DNA from: Candidatus Nanohalobium sp.
Lineage (GTDB): Archaea; Nanohalarchaeota; Nanosalinia; Nanosalinales; Nanosalinaceae
Assembly (NCBI GenBank): GCA_042216335.1
Contig: JBDGTY010000009.1
Location: forward strand, 1 to 12,560
Length of the DNA stretch: 12,560 nucleotides
Direction of reading: 5' to 3'
The translations under genes were made by a program, and so were the position numbers. Within the stretch, counting starts at the first letter, position 1; the number at the start of each line of letters is the position of its first letter. The notes below the pieces were generated by a model. The model was not told the DNA's origin, searched no databases, and saw only the letters and a list, made by a program, of their open reading frames with translations. Positions 1 through 7,089 of this stretch are shown here, piece after piece.

Positions 1-17
1 ACGACAGTTGTGCCGGA

Positions 18-71
18 GGTCGAAAACTCGAGCGAGTTTTCTCGACCCGCAGCAAATATGACAGTATTTGC
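18..71. repeat. Two inverted repeats directly upstream of the tRNA
   Basis: GGTCGAAAACTC-GAGC-GAGTTTTCTCGACC (18-47) and GCAAATA-TGACAG-TATTTGC (52-71). Confidence 0.75.
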
Positions 72-279
72 CGGAGTGACAGAGTCTGGCTAATTGTGCC
101 GGTCTTGAGAACCTCAAATTCTGCCTTGTGCAGAATGGGGGAAGGAGAAGATCTCTGATCTTCGAAACGCACCTTCTCAAATGAGAAGCGTGCTCAGACA
201 GGTTTCCGAAAGGAAAGCTGATACAAGACAACCGGTGAGGCATACCCGCCTCTCCTGGGTTCAAATCCCAGCTCCGGCG
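70..279 (+). tRNA. tRNA-Ser(UGA), intron-containing (exons 70-109 and 230-279; CCA not encoded)
   Basis: Acceptor stem GCCGGAG (70-76)/CTCCGGC (272-278), discriminator G279. D stem ACA/TGT. Anticodon stem CCGGT (99-103)/ACCGG (231-235), loop CT-TGA-G|A. Long variable arm GAGGC/GCCTC (class II). T arm CTGGG-TTCAAAT-CCCAG (255-271). Confidence 0.95.
110..229 (+). other. 120-nt tRNA intron at canonical position 37/38 with a relaxed bulge-helix-bulge motif
   Basis: CTTG (104-107) pairs with intron CAAG (224-227), flanked by AG|A (108-110) and AC|A (228-230). Cutting after the second nucleotide of each restores a 7-nt anticodon loop. The intron-side closing helix is not formed (A111 opposite A223). 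Confidence 0.88.
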
Positions 280-280
280 T

Positions 281-703
281 TTATTCTTCGTTCTCACCGG
301 TTTTTCCTGGTATTTCTAGTTCTCCGCCTTCTATGTCCATCTTGAGCCTTTCTTCTGCGGCCGTGGCTATTAGTATGTCTCTCTGTACGTGGTAGTCTTC
401 CCGGTAAAGCATCGAGAAGTAGCTGATAAGTGCGTAGAGTGCGAGTATGACAGTGAATCCTAGGTATGATGCTATCTTGTTGATGATGGATAGGTTGACG
501 TTGAATGTTGCGGCGACGGATGTTATTATGGATGCGTATAGTAGCACTCTAACTGCCTGTTGTGCGATCTTTGCGTTTCTGTATCGATTGAGTGAGTCAT
601 TGTATCTTTCGAACTGGTGGTCTTCTAGACGCATCTCGAGGAAGGCGCGTATCTTGCTGTCCGCCCTTCCAAGTGGTGTGAGCTTGAAGAGTTTCTTTAT
701 CAT
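281..703 (-). CDS. Small hypothetical membrane protein (140 aa, two hydrophobic segments)
   Basis: ATG ORF with hydrophobic stretches VLLYASIITSVAATF and IASYLGFTVILALYALISYFSMLY, an acidic C-tail, and a well-placed upstream TATA/BRE. No family recognised. Confidence 0.8.
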   Translation of the reverse strand: MIKKLFKLTPLGRADSKIRAFLEMRLEDHQFERYNDSLNRYRNAKIAQQAVRVLLYASIITSVAATFNVNLSIINKIASYLGFTVILALYALISYFSMLYREDYHVQRDILIATAAEERLKMDIEGGELEIPGKTGENEE

Positions 704-723
704 AAGGTTTTCTGGACAGCGGA

Positions 724-741
724 GCTTAATAGATGTTTTCG
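724..741 (-). promoter_or_regulatory. Probable archaeal BRE + TATA box for the 281-703 gene
   Basis: The minus strand reads CGAAAACATCTATTAAG. TATTAA (731-726) lies 23-28 nt upstream of the ATG at 703, as expected for a leaderless transcript. Confidence 0.55.
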
Positions 742-774
742 AGATTCAAAAACTTCAGGTTGTAATATTGCTTC

Positions 775-1926
775 ATGAACATTGAGAGCTGGAAGTTCTC
801 CCTCAGCCTTGTCGCGGCAGTCTTTATCGGAAGTCTGGCAGGTTCAGCTTTTATCTACCAGGATATGAACAGTGAGATCGATTCTCTGAAGGATAAGGTG
901 GCGAACAGCACCAGTACAAGACTCGTGTACGTGAACGGGACGGATGGAAGCCTCCATCCAGTCTTTGAGAAAGTTGATCAATCCGTCGTCTACATCGAGG
1001 CGCGTGGCGACAAGTCGACACAGGGCTCGGGCTTCGTTTACAGCCAGAAAGGATACATAATAACGAATGAGCACGTCGTGGATGATGCCGACACCGTGAC
1101 AGTCAGCTTCACCGACGGCACCACGAGAAAAGCAGAGATAGTTGGAACAGACCCATATACAGACCTGGCAGTCCTGAAAGTCGACAAGGCAGGCCTTAAA
1201 CCGCTTGAACTCGCGAACTCGTCGCAGGTAGTGACCGGGCAAAGGGCTATTGCGGTAAGTAACCCATATGGGTTCAGAGGCTCTCTTACAGCAGGTTTCG
1301 TATCACAGGTAGGTAGAAGCCTGCCAGTGCAGGAAGTTGGTCTAGAAGGCTTCAGGATAAGAAACGTTATTCAGACAGACGCCGCCATCAATCCCGGAAG
1401 CTCCGGTAGCCCGCTGTTAAATAAGTACGGAGAAGTTATAGGCGTCAATACAGCTATCGAAACCCAGACCGGAGGTTTCTCAGGTATAGGATTCGCTGTA
1501 CCTTCAAACACTGTAAAAAGAGTAGTTCCAGACATCATAAAATCAGGGGATGCCAAGCATCCATGGATAGGAGTAACAGGAAGAGATATGAACCGGAAAC
1601 TAGCGAAGATAATGAATACTACACAGGAAACCGGCTTCCTTGTTATGAACGTCTCCAGGAACAGCCCAGCCAGCAGAGCAGGTCTCCAAGGCGGAAACAG
1701 GACCGTCAAGATAAACGGGCTGCGTTACATTATCGGAGGAGACATCATAGTAGGGATGGGTGGAGAAAGGATGCGCGACATTGAAGACATTAAGAACTTC
1801 CTTGCCACAGAAGCAGATGTTGGGGAAACAGTCAAAATCACAGTACAGAGAAACGGAAAAGAAGTGACTATGCCGTTGACGCTGGCAGACCGGCCTGACG
1901 ACAGGCTACCGCCAGCACAGAGATGA
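775..1926 (+). CDS. htrA: HtrA/DegP-family (S1C) serine protease with N-terminal membrane anchor and one PDZ domain
   Basis: Motifs QGSGFV, ITNEHVV (His), TDLAVL (Asp), IQTDAAINPGSSGSPL (Ser), GEVIGVNTAI and GIGFAVP. PDZ motifs HPWIGV, SPASRAGL and GDII. Confidence 0.95.
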   Translation: MNIESWKFSLSLVAAVFIGSLAGSAFIYQDMNSEIDSLKDKVANSTSTRLVYVNGTDGSLHPVFEKVDQSVVYIEARGDKSTQGSGFVYSQKGYIITNEHVVDDADTVTVSFTDGTTRKAEIVGTDPYTDLAVLKVDKAGLKPLELANSSQVVTGQRAIAVSNPYGFRGSLTAGFVSQVGRSLPVQEVGLEGFRIRNVIQTDAAINPGSSGSPLLNKYGEVIGVNTAIETQTGGFSGIGFAVPSNTVKRVVPDIIKSGDAKHPWIGVTGRDMNRKLAKIMNTTQETGFLVMNVSRNSPASRAGLQGGNRTVKINGLRYIIGGDIIVGMGGERMRDIEDIKNFLATEADVGETVKITVQRNGKEVTMPLTLADRPDDRLPPAQR

Positions 1927-1933
1927 ATGAGTT

Positions 1934-2920
1934 TCAGGGTTTATAGCGGAGGATCGCGGCGATACCCCCAAAGTTTTCGAGTCTTTCACCGGCTTCATGG
2001 TCGGTGTGAACAACCTGTACATCTCCCCCCTGCTGCTCGACTTCCTCGACTATCTCAGGGCTTTCCCTCTGCTTCTCCTGCGTTATGAGCAGCTTCTTCA
2101 CTGCTCCCATCTCCGCCAGTTCCTCTACCGGCTCGCCGTACTCCGCTGCGCCGTCCTTTTCAAGAGTTTCAAGGAAGTCTTCGACAGCAGAGGATTCTTC
2201 AGAGATCCTGGAGTTCTCCACCACTCTATCAAGCGCTCCCCTCTTAATCGCCTCATTCAGGCCAGTTTTTCCTATGACAGAGGTGTCCTGCATCAGGACT
2301 TTGTCCTTTACTTCGTCGCTGAGCATGTTTTCCAGTCTCTGCTTTGTGAAGCCCGGGCCTCCGATGACGATCTTGTCGACTTTCTCGGCCGTCCTCTCCA
2401 CGTAGTTTGAAACGTCCGTGAAGAATGAGTCGCCGGTGTCCTGGTCCTTGTAGAGCTTGCCGGGGATGTTCTGGTCGAGCTTCGAAAGGTCCTGGATGCC
2501 TGACTCCTCGACAAGGTAGAAGTCAGCCTCGCCTTTCTGTATCAGGCAGAAAAGCACGGTGTAACTTCTCTTTTCTTCGGCTTCCTGGAGATCTTCCCAC
2601 TCCGTATCCGTAAAGTCCTTGTACAGCTTGAATCTTTTTCCGGGCTCAAGGTTGAAGGTATGATATCCGAGTTCGATGTCTTCGGCTCCTTCTGTGATCT
2701 CTCCTGTAAGTCTGAGGCGGTCTTCCTGGTACTCTATCTTCTCTACCTCCAGTGTCAGGGTGCAGGTCTTCTTCTCTCTGCCGTCGAGCTTGGTTCTCTG
2801 AGTCTTCGCCCTGACCTCGTCACCCTGTTTGATAATCTCCTTCAGGTGCCAGAGGTCGTCCTCGTTCTCTATCTCTATCTGGGCAAAACCTTCCTCCCTG
2901 TCCTGGTTTAGAATCTTCAT
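1934..2920 (-). CDS. pelA: Pelota (aPelota/Dom34) ribosome-rescue / mRNA surveillance factor
   Basis: N-terminal MKI...EDDLWHL..II..GD.V, RLRLTG.I, G.HT.N; central GPGF; C-terminal eRF1-like AGERLENFGGIAAILRY. Start placed at ATG 2920 from the family N-terminus and TATA spacing. Confidence 0.95.
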   Translation of the reverse strand: MKILNQDREEGFAQIEIENEDDLWHLKEIIKQGDEVRAKTQRTKLDGREKKTCTLTLEVEKIEYQEDRLRLTGEITEGAEDIELGYHTFNLEPGKRFKLYKDFTDTEWEDLQEAEEKRSYTVLFCLIQKGEADFYLVEESGIQDLSKLDQNIPGKLYKDQDTGDSFFTDVSNYVERTAEKVDKIVIGGPGFTKQRLENMLSDEVKDKVLMQDTSVIGKTGLNEAIKRGALDRVVENSRISEESSAVEDFLETLEKDGAAEYGEPVEELAEMGAVKKLLITQEKQRESPEIVEEVEQQGGDVQVVHTDHEAGERLENFGGIAAILRYKP

Positions 2921-2940
2921 ATCCCGAGGTTTGTGTGGAG

Positions 2941-2950
2941 AAAATAAAAA
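2941..2950. promoter_or_regulatory. AT-rich element, probably a TATA box for pelota and possibly shared with the divergent 2972 gene
   Basis: AAAATAAAAA reads TTTTTATTTT on the minus strand, 21-30 nt upstream of the pelota ATG (2920) and 22-31 nt upstream of ATG 2972. Confidence 0.5.
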
Positions 2951-2971
2951 CATGCTTGAGAAAACCGGGTT

Positions 2972-4120
2972 ATGGACGATGCATTTCCGATCGTAGTAGT
3001 GCTAGGTCTCGCAGTCTTCGGCATGTTCTGGATAGGAAGCCAGGCCTCAGGTAACGGTTTCAGCCTGGGACTGGGCGGTAACCAGCCGGACAGCATGATG
3101 CTTCTATCTTCAAATCCGGGAACGGTCGGGGAGTCTAACGAGGACTTCAGGACAGTCAACTTCGGAACTTTCACGGTCGGAGAAATCAGAGGTGACGTTC
3201 AGGCATACACCGCTGAGAGAACGCAGATATCGAACGGCTTGATCGGAGGAAAAAGCATAACTATAGAGTACAATGCTACGCAGCCAGGTCAGGGCCAGGT
3301 CAGCTTCGAGGTACTCGGAAGGCGGAGCAAGGGAGAGATTTTCGTGAAAGTGAACGGCAGAGAGGTGTTCAGCGCGGCTACGGTTTCCGGTGCGACACCA
3401 GTCATCAATATAAGCCAGAACTACTTCAACTCCGGCATGAACAGGATAGTGATAGGGACAGAACAGTCCAGCATCTTCCAGAAAGCAGTCTACACACTTG
3501 AGGACATCGAGGTGACGGTCGAGGACAGGAAGTTCCACGCCTACAGATCTTACTTCCAGATGTACGACCACGAACTCGACAGCTTCCGGCCCAGCAACCT
3601 CACCTTCAGGATACCGATTGACCAGTCCATCCCGCAGGAACCCCTCCAGGTAGAGGTCAACGGAGAACAGGTATTCAGCCAGAGAATAGGCAGATCAACA
3701 CAGGAAGTCACCATCACGCCACAGAACTCCGACCTCAAAACAGGATACAACACCATCGAGTTCAGCACAGACGGCGAATCCAAATACACAGTCAAAAACG
3801 CCGAACTCCAGATAAGATACTCAGTCAACGTACAGCCCGCCCGGAAAAACCTCGACTTCCAGCTAAGCCAGAACCGCCTCAACTACGTCGAAAGAGACAA
3901 CACGAAAGAGACTCTCAGCTTCCAGTACCAGAGAAGCACCACAACAGCACCGATACAGATCCGGTTGAACGACGCATACTACCAGATCGACCCAGAAAAC
4001 GGCCAGAACACAGTAGAACTCGGAGATACCGCATTCCAGCAGGAAAACACCCTGACAGTCTCCAGCAACCAAACCTTCACACTACAAAACCTCCAGATAG
4101 TTTCTGAAAGGCAGGAATAG
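2972..4120 (+). CDS. Membrane-anchored extracellular protein with 2-3 repeated beta-sandwich modules (382 aa)
   Basis: N-terminal hydrophobic helix. Internal repeats IFVKVNGREVFS...SGMNRIVI and LQVEVNGEQVFS...TGYNTIEF, plus a degenerate IQIRLND...QQENTLTV. Several N-x-S/T sequons. Confidence 0.88.
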   Translation: MDDAFPIVVVLGLAVFGMFWIGSQASGNGFSLGLGGNQPDSMMLLSSNPGTVGESNEDFRTVNFGTFTVGEIRGDVQAYTAERTQISNGLIGGKSITIEYNATQPGQGQVSFEVLGRRSKGEIFVKVNGREVFSAATVSGATPVINISQNYFNSGMNRIVIGTEQSSIFQKAVYTLEDIEVTVEDRKFHAYRSYFQMYDHELDSFRPSNLTFRIPIDQSIPQEPLQVEVNGEQVFSQRIGRSTQEVTITPQNSDLKTGYNTIEFSTDGESKYTVKNAELQIRYSVNVQPARKNLDFQLSQNRLNYVERDNTKETLSFQYQRSTTTAPIQIRLNDAYYQIDPENGQNTVELGDTAFQQENTLTVSSNQTFTLQNLQIVSERQE

Positions 4121-6481
4121 ATGTCTGAAAATAGTGAAGTAAAGAAAGGATTTGAGAAAAAACTTATACAATATCTAATCGGGTCAGCAATACCTTATGC
4201 AGGGGATGCTTACTTGTGGTGGAAATATGACGATATTGGAGCCTTAAAAGTAATAGTAGGCGGACTTATCCCGGGTCCATTCATAACCGATCTAGTCTAT
4301 TTTCTAGGAGGGAGGGAAGAAGATGAGGAAGAAAGTCCAAATCAAAACAGTGAGAACTACAGAGAAAACGGTCAGAGTGTAGCTACGGACGGCGGACAGA
4401 ATAGTGGAAATCAGGGAAACAGCAATCGTACTGTAGGGAACAACGGTGTTGGTATAGATCAAGGGGTTTACGAAGATCTTTCGATGGATAATCCGAAAGG
4501 CAGGCTCAACTCATTGACACAGAAGATTCCTTTCGGTAAGAAGGCGTTACTTGTGGTGGCTGCGGTAGTTGCTGCGGTCGGCGGTTTTTTCATGGGCGGA
4601 CCTATACTGACTTTGGGCGGTTTGGCCGCAGTTGGCAGTGTTTACGGTGTTTACAGTAAGTGGGGTGTTAAAGGTCTTATGTTCGGTGCTCTGCCTGTTT
4701 TGGCCTTAGTAGGCTTGGTTGCGGTCACAGGTGTCGGTGCTGGTTATGGCGGACTGATCAATGACATGTTTGGAAGTTATGCTACTGGTTTGGATGATCT
4801 TGGTGGGGAGATAAGTTATCAGGCTGGGCAGGCGTGGAAGACTATTACGTGTTTCGGGAATGCTGGTTGTATCCGTGAGTGGCAGTTGAATCAGACTCGT
4901 CAGCCGGGTTCTGAGGATACTGGTGAGACGTATCGTCTGCGTGTGCAAAATTTAATGGTTTCTGGGCAGGATAACGGGGTTGATATTGCCTATCAGAGGA
5001 AGGATGCTCCTATCCCTGTCTATTTTTTGCTGAAGAATACTCGCCACGGTTTGAAGGGGATCAAGGCTAAGGATGTGAAGTACCGGCTTAAAGTACGTAA
5101 TGACCAGTTAGTGAGTCAGAACGATGTTTTGTGCAGTACTAAAGAGAAGCCTGATGCAAACAGCAGAGGATGGATTCCTTTGAACAAGTTCCCTGAGGGT
5201 TCGAGTATACCGGACGAATTTGACAGGAATACTCTTCTTCCTGGTGAGCCAGTGAGTCCTTTGAATTATAACGGGGAGAATCAGCTTACCTTGAAGGAGT
5301 GCGGCTTGCTTCAACCGGGGCCGAGCGAGTCAGTTACCTTCGTTTTGCAGATAAAGTACCAGTACTCTTCGCAGTCGACACTCCCGATCACTGCGATGAG
5401 CCGGGATCACAGGAGAGCTGAAAACATCCCTATAGAGTTCAAGAGGTCGAAGACCGCCGATACACCAGTTGAGACGTTCATTCAGGCCCGTAAACCTATA
5501 CTTTTCCAGGACTTTGAGTCGGGTAGACGCCCTATACCTTTCCAGACACGTATAGGGGTCAGTACCGACGACAGGAACATCAGGTACCGGATTGATGTGA
5601 ACAAGTTCAAGATGCAGGACTCAAGCAAGACGACTCATCTCAAGAGTAAAGGATCTTGCAGTGATTTGAATTACCTTAGCAACAACAAGTACGAGTTCTC
5701 AGAGGAAGTTAAAGACAGAATTCAGAGGATGCAGCTGAAAGGTGGTTGGTGGTCGAAGAGGAATCCTCCTCCACCTGCGTCATGCACATTTACTCTGGCC
5801 AACAACGGGAAAGGCATCAGCCCTACCGGGGAAACACTGACGATGAGCGCCGAGGTAGAGTATACTGTGAAGCAGGAGCCGGAGCCGAAGACATTCAAGA
5901 TCTCCAACACCATCTGCACCACGAGGAACTGTCCAAGAGTCGTCCCGCTCAAACCGGAAGAACTAACCCAGGACATAGCCACAAGCAAGCTTGGAACCGA
6001 ACTCACGCTGGGAGAAAAAGGCTACTGGACAAAGGAATACGCACACTGCGGAGACCATCAGGACGCCCAGTCAGGGTGCTCTGTCATATCAAGTTTCAAG
6101 CTGAAGGACAGGACCGGGGAGGCCTCCAGCAGCACAACCATCCGAAACGGCGATCTTGCACTCAAACTGGACAGAGGCCTCAAAGGTAAAGGAAACAACT
6201 TTTACACATGCTACGTCAGGAACAAACTTGCAGCCAGCAAGTTCAGAGTTATCAGCATCAGCGAATCCCAACTGGAGCGTGTATGGAGCAAGCCCGATAG
6301 GGCCCTGAACTATTCGAAAGGAAGCGGTAACGATGGATGGGTAGAAACCGACATCACACGTTCAGACCCACAACCTGATAACGGATGTAAAATCCCCGGC
6401 AAGAAGACATCTTCGAGTGGCGGAGGTAGCAGTTCCAGCAGCGGAACCAGCTCGCAAACCACTAACATGTACCAGTACTGA
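4121..6481 (+). CDS. Large membrane protein (786 aa): N-terminal module, Gly-rich TM bundle, ectodomain with 12 Cys and Ig-like domains, Ser/Gly tail
   Basis: Long ORF starting immediately after the upstream TAG. About three Gly/Ala/Val-rich helices at ~4545-4745. Ectodomain motifs align with the downstream lipoproteins. Confidence 0.9.
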   Translation: MSENSEVKKGFEKKLIQYLIGSAIPYAGDAYLWWKYDDIGALKVIVGGLIPGPFITDLVYFLGGREEDEEESPNQNSENYRENGQSVATDGGQNSGNQGNSNRTVGNNGVGIDQGVYEDLSMDNPKGRLNSLTQKIPFGKKALLVVAAVVAAVGGFFMGGPILTLGGLAAVGSVYGVYSKWGVKGLMFGALPVLALVGLVAVTGVGAGYGGLINDMFGSYATGLDDLGGEISYQAGQAWKTITCFGNAGCIREWQLNQTRQPGSEDTGETYRLRVQNLMVSGQDNGVDIAYQRKDAPIPVYFLLKNTRHGLKGIKAKDVKYRLKVRNDQLVSQNDVLCSTKEKPDANSRGWIPLNKFPEGSSIPDEFDRNTLLPGEPVSPLNYNGENQLTLKECGLLQPGPSESVTFVLQIKYQYSSQSTLPITAMSRDHRRAENIPIEFKRSKTADTPVETFIQARKPILFQDFESGRRPIPFQTRIGVSTDDRNIRYRIDVNKFKMQDSSKTTHLKSKGSCSDLNYLSNNKYEFSEEVKDRIQRMQLKGGWWSKRNPPPPASCTFTLANNGKGISPTGETLTMSAEVEYTVKQEPEPKTFKISNTICTTRNCPRVVPLKPEELTQDIATSKLGTELTLGEKGYWTKEYAHCGDHQDAQSGCSVISSFKLKDRTGEASSSTTIRNGDLALKLDRGLKGKGNNFYTCYVRNKLAASKFRVISISESQLERVWSKPDRALNYSKGSGNDGWVETDITRSDPQPDNGCKIPGKKTSSSGGGSSSSSGTSSQTTNMYQY

Positions 6482-6483
6482 TT

Positions 6484-7080
6484 TCATGCCGTACTGAAGA
6501 TCAGGTAGAGCGAGCGGGAGCTGAGTGACAGGCCGAGCACGAGCACTGTTCTCACGAAAAGGTCTGCAGCCTCGTCTTCAAGGAATCTGTAGGAGTAGAG
6601 GAGGGGCAGCCCCACCAGAACGGTTTTGGATATAAGGAGCGCCGGGTAGTCTCCGAATGTTTTCATCATTTCTGACATGAAAGGGTTCGCCTCATCCAGT
6701 CCTGTTATTCCTGCTGTGATGAGGGCATCCGCTACATGGGTCGAGAACGAGTTGAGGTATTCTCTGCCCGGGGTTTTCCGGAACGGTGTTGTAATCGTCG
6801 CAGCCATGAAGACTGCCAGCATCGAGTAGAGATAGGGATAGGAAAGCAGCAGGATCAGAGCCGAAAGCAGGATGCTCAGGACGGCCTGAAAATCCGGGAG
6901 ATATCCCTCCAGTGCGTGAAGAAGGTAAATCAGAGAGGTTATCGACACAGCAGTAATGATAAACTGCATCACGGGACTCAGGAATCCCAGTTCCAGGGAG
7001 GTGAGTGCTGCTGTCATAGAGATGAGGACGAGGTTGAGATCAGTGGTTTGCTGTGTAAATCTTTTAATCAGGGCCTGCAT
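6484..7080 (-). CDS. Polytopic membrane protein with a DUF5658-like (D..T...EANP) C-terminal half; start uncertain (7080 or 7017)
   Basis: About six hydrophobic segments. Motif HVADALITAGITGLDEANPFM followed by ALLISK. Family assignment is from recalled motifs, not a search. Confidence 0.75.
   Translation of the reverse strand: MQALIKRFTQQTTDLNLVLISMTAALTSLELGFLSPVMQFIITAVSITSLIYLLHALEGYLPDFQAVLSILLSALILLLSYPYLYSMLAVFMAATITTPFRKTPGREYLNSFSTHVADALITAGITGLDEANPFMSEMMKTFGDYPALLISKTVLVGLPLLYSYRFLEDEAADLFVRTVLVLGLSLSSRSLYLIFSTA
7056..7068 (+). promoter_or_regulatory. Probable TATA box of the lipoprotein operon
   Basis: TTTTAAT at 7062-7068 lies 22-28 nt upstream of ATG 7090 and is preceded by GTAAA. 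Confidence 0.55.
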
Positions 7081-7089
7081 ACTGTATGT

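Noticed and set aside
104-110. Selenocysteine or opal-suppressor tRNA because of TGA and a long variable arm
   Set aside because: TGA here is the anticodon, which reads UCA (Ser). tRNA-Sec would have anticodon TCA and a longer acceptor arm.
155-221. Box C/D guide RNA inside the tRNA intron (CTGA at 155-158 and 218-221, ATGAGA at 181-186)
   Set aside because: There is no good RTGATGA box C near the intron 5' end, and the candidate boxes and guide regions are tied up in hairpins.
1-230. CRISPR array or IS ends suggested by the run of palindromes
   Set aside because: The hairpins differ in sequence, there is no repeat-spacer periodicity, and no cas or transposase gene is present.
255-720. Integrated element at the tRNA 3' end
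   Set aside because: No integrase was found, and I saw no second copy of the tRNA 3' end in the window.
2921-2953. Upstream ATG (2953) for pelota
   Set aside because: Pelota proteins typically begin MKI, and the extension runs through the likely TATA element.
4121-4200. Class III (pilin/archaellin) signal peptide at KKG-FEKK
   Set aside because: Charged residues follow the putative cleavage site instead of an uninterrupted hydrophobic helix.
6405-6465. Ser/Gly-rich tail as a tandem DNA repeat
   Set aside because: The codons are mixed, so this is protein-level low complexity only.
6736-7089. 118-aa N-terminal extension of the 6736-7962 ORF
   Set aside because: It overlaps the antisense membrane-protein gene. 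The signal peptide, lipobox and TATA spacing all point to ATG 7090.
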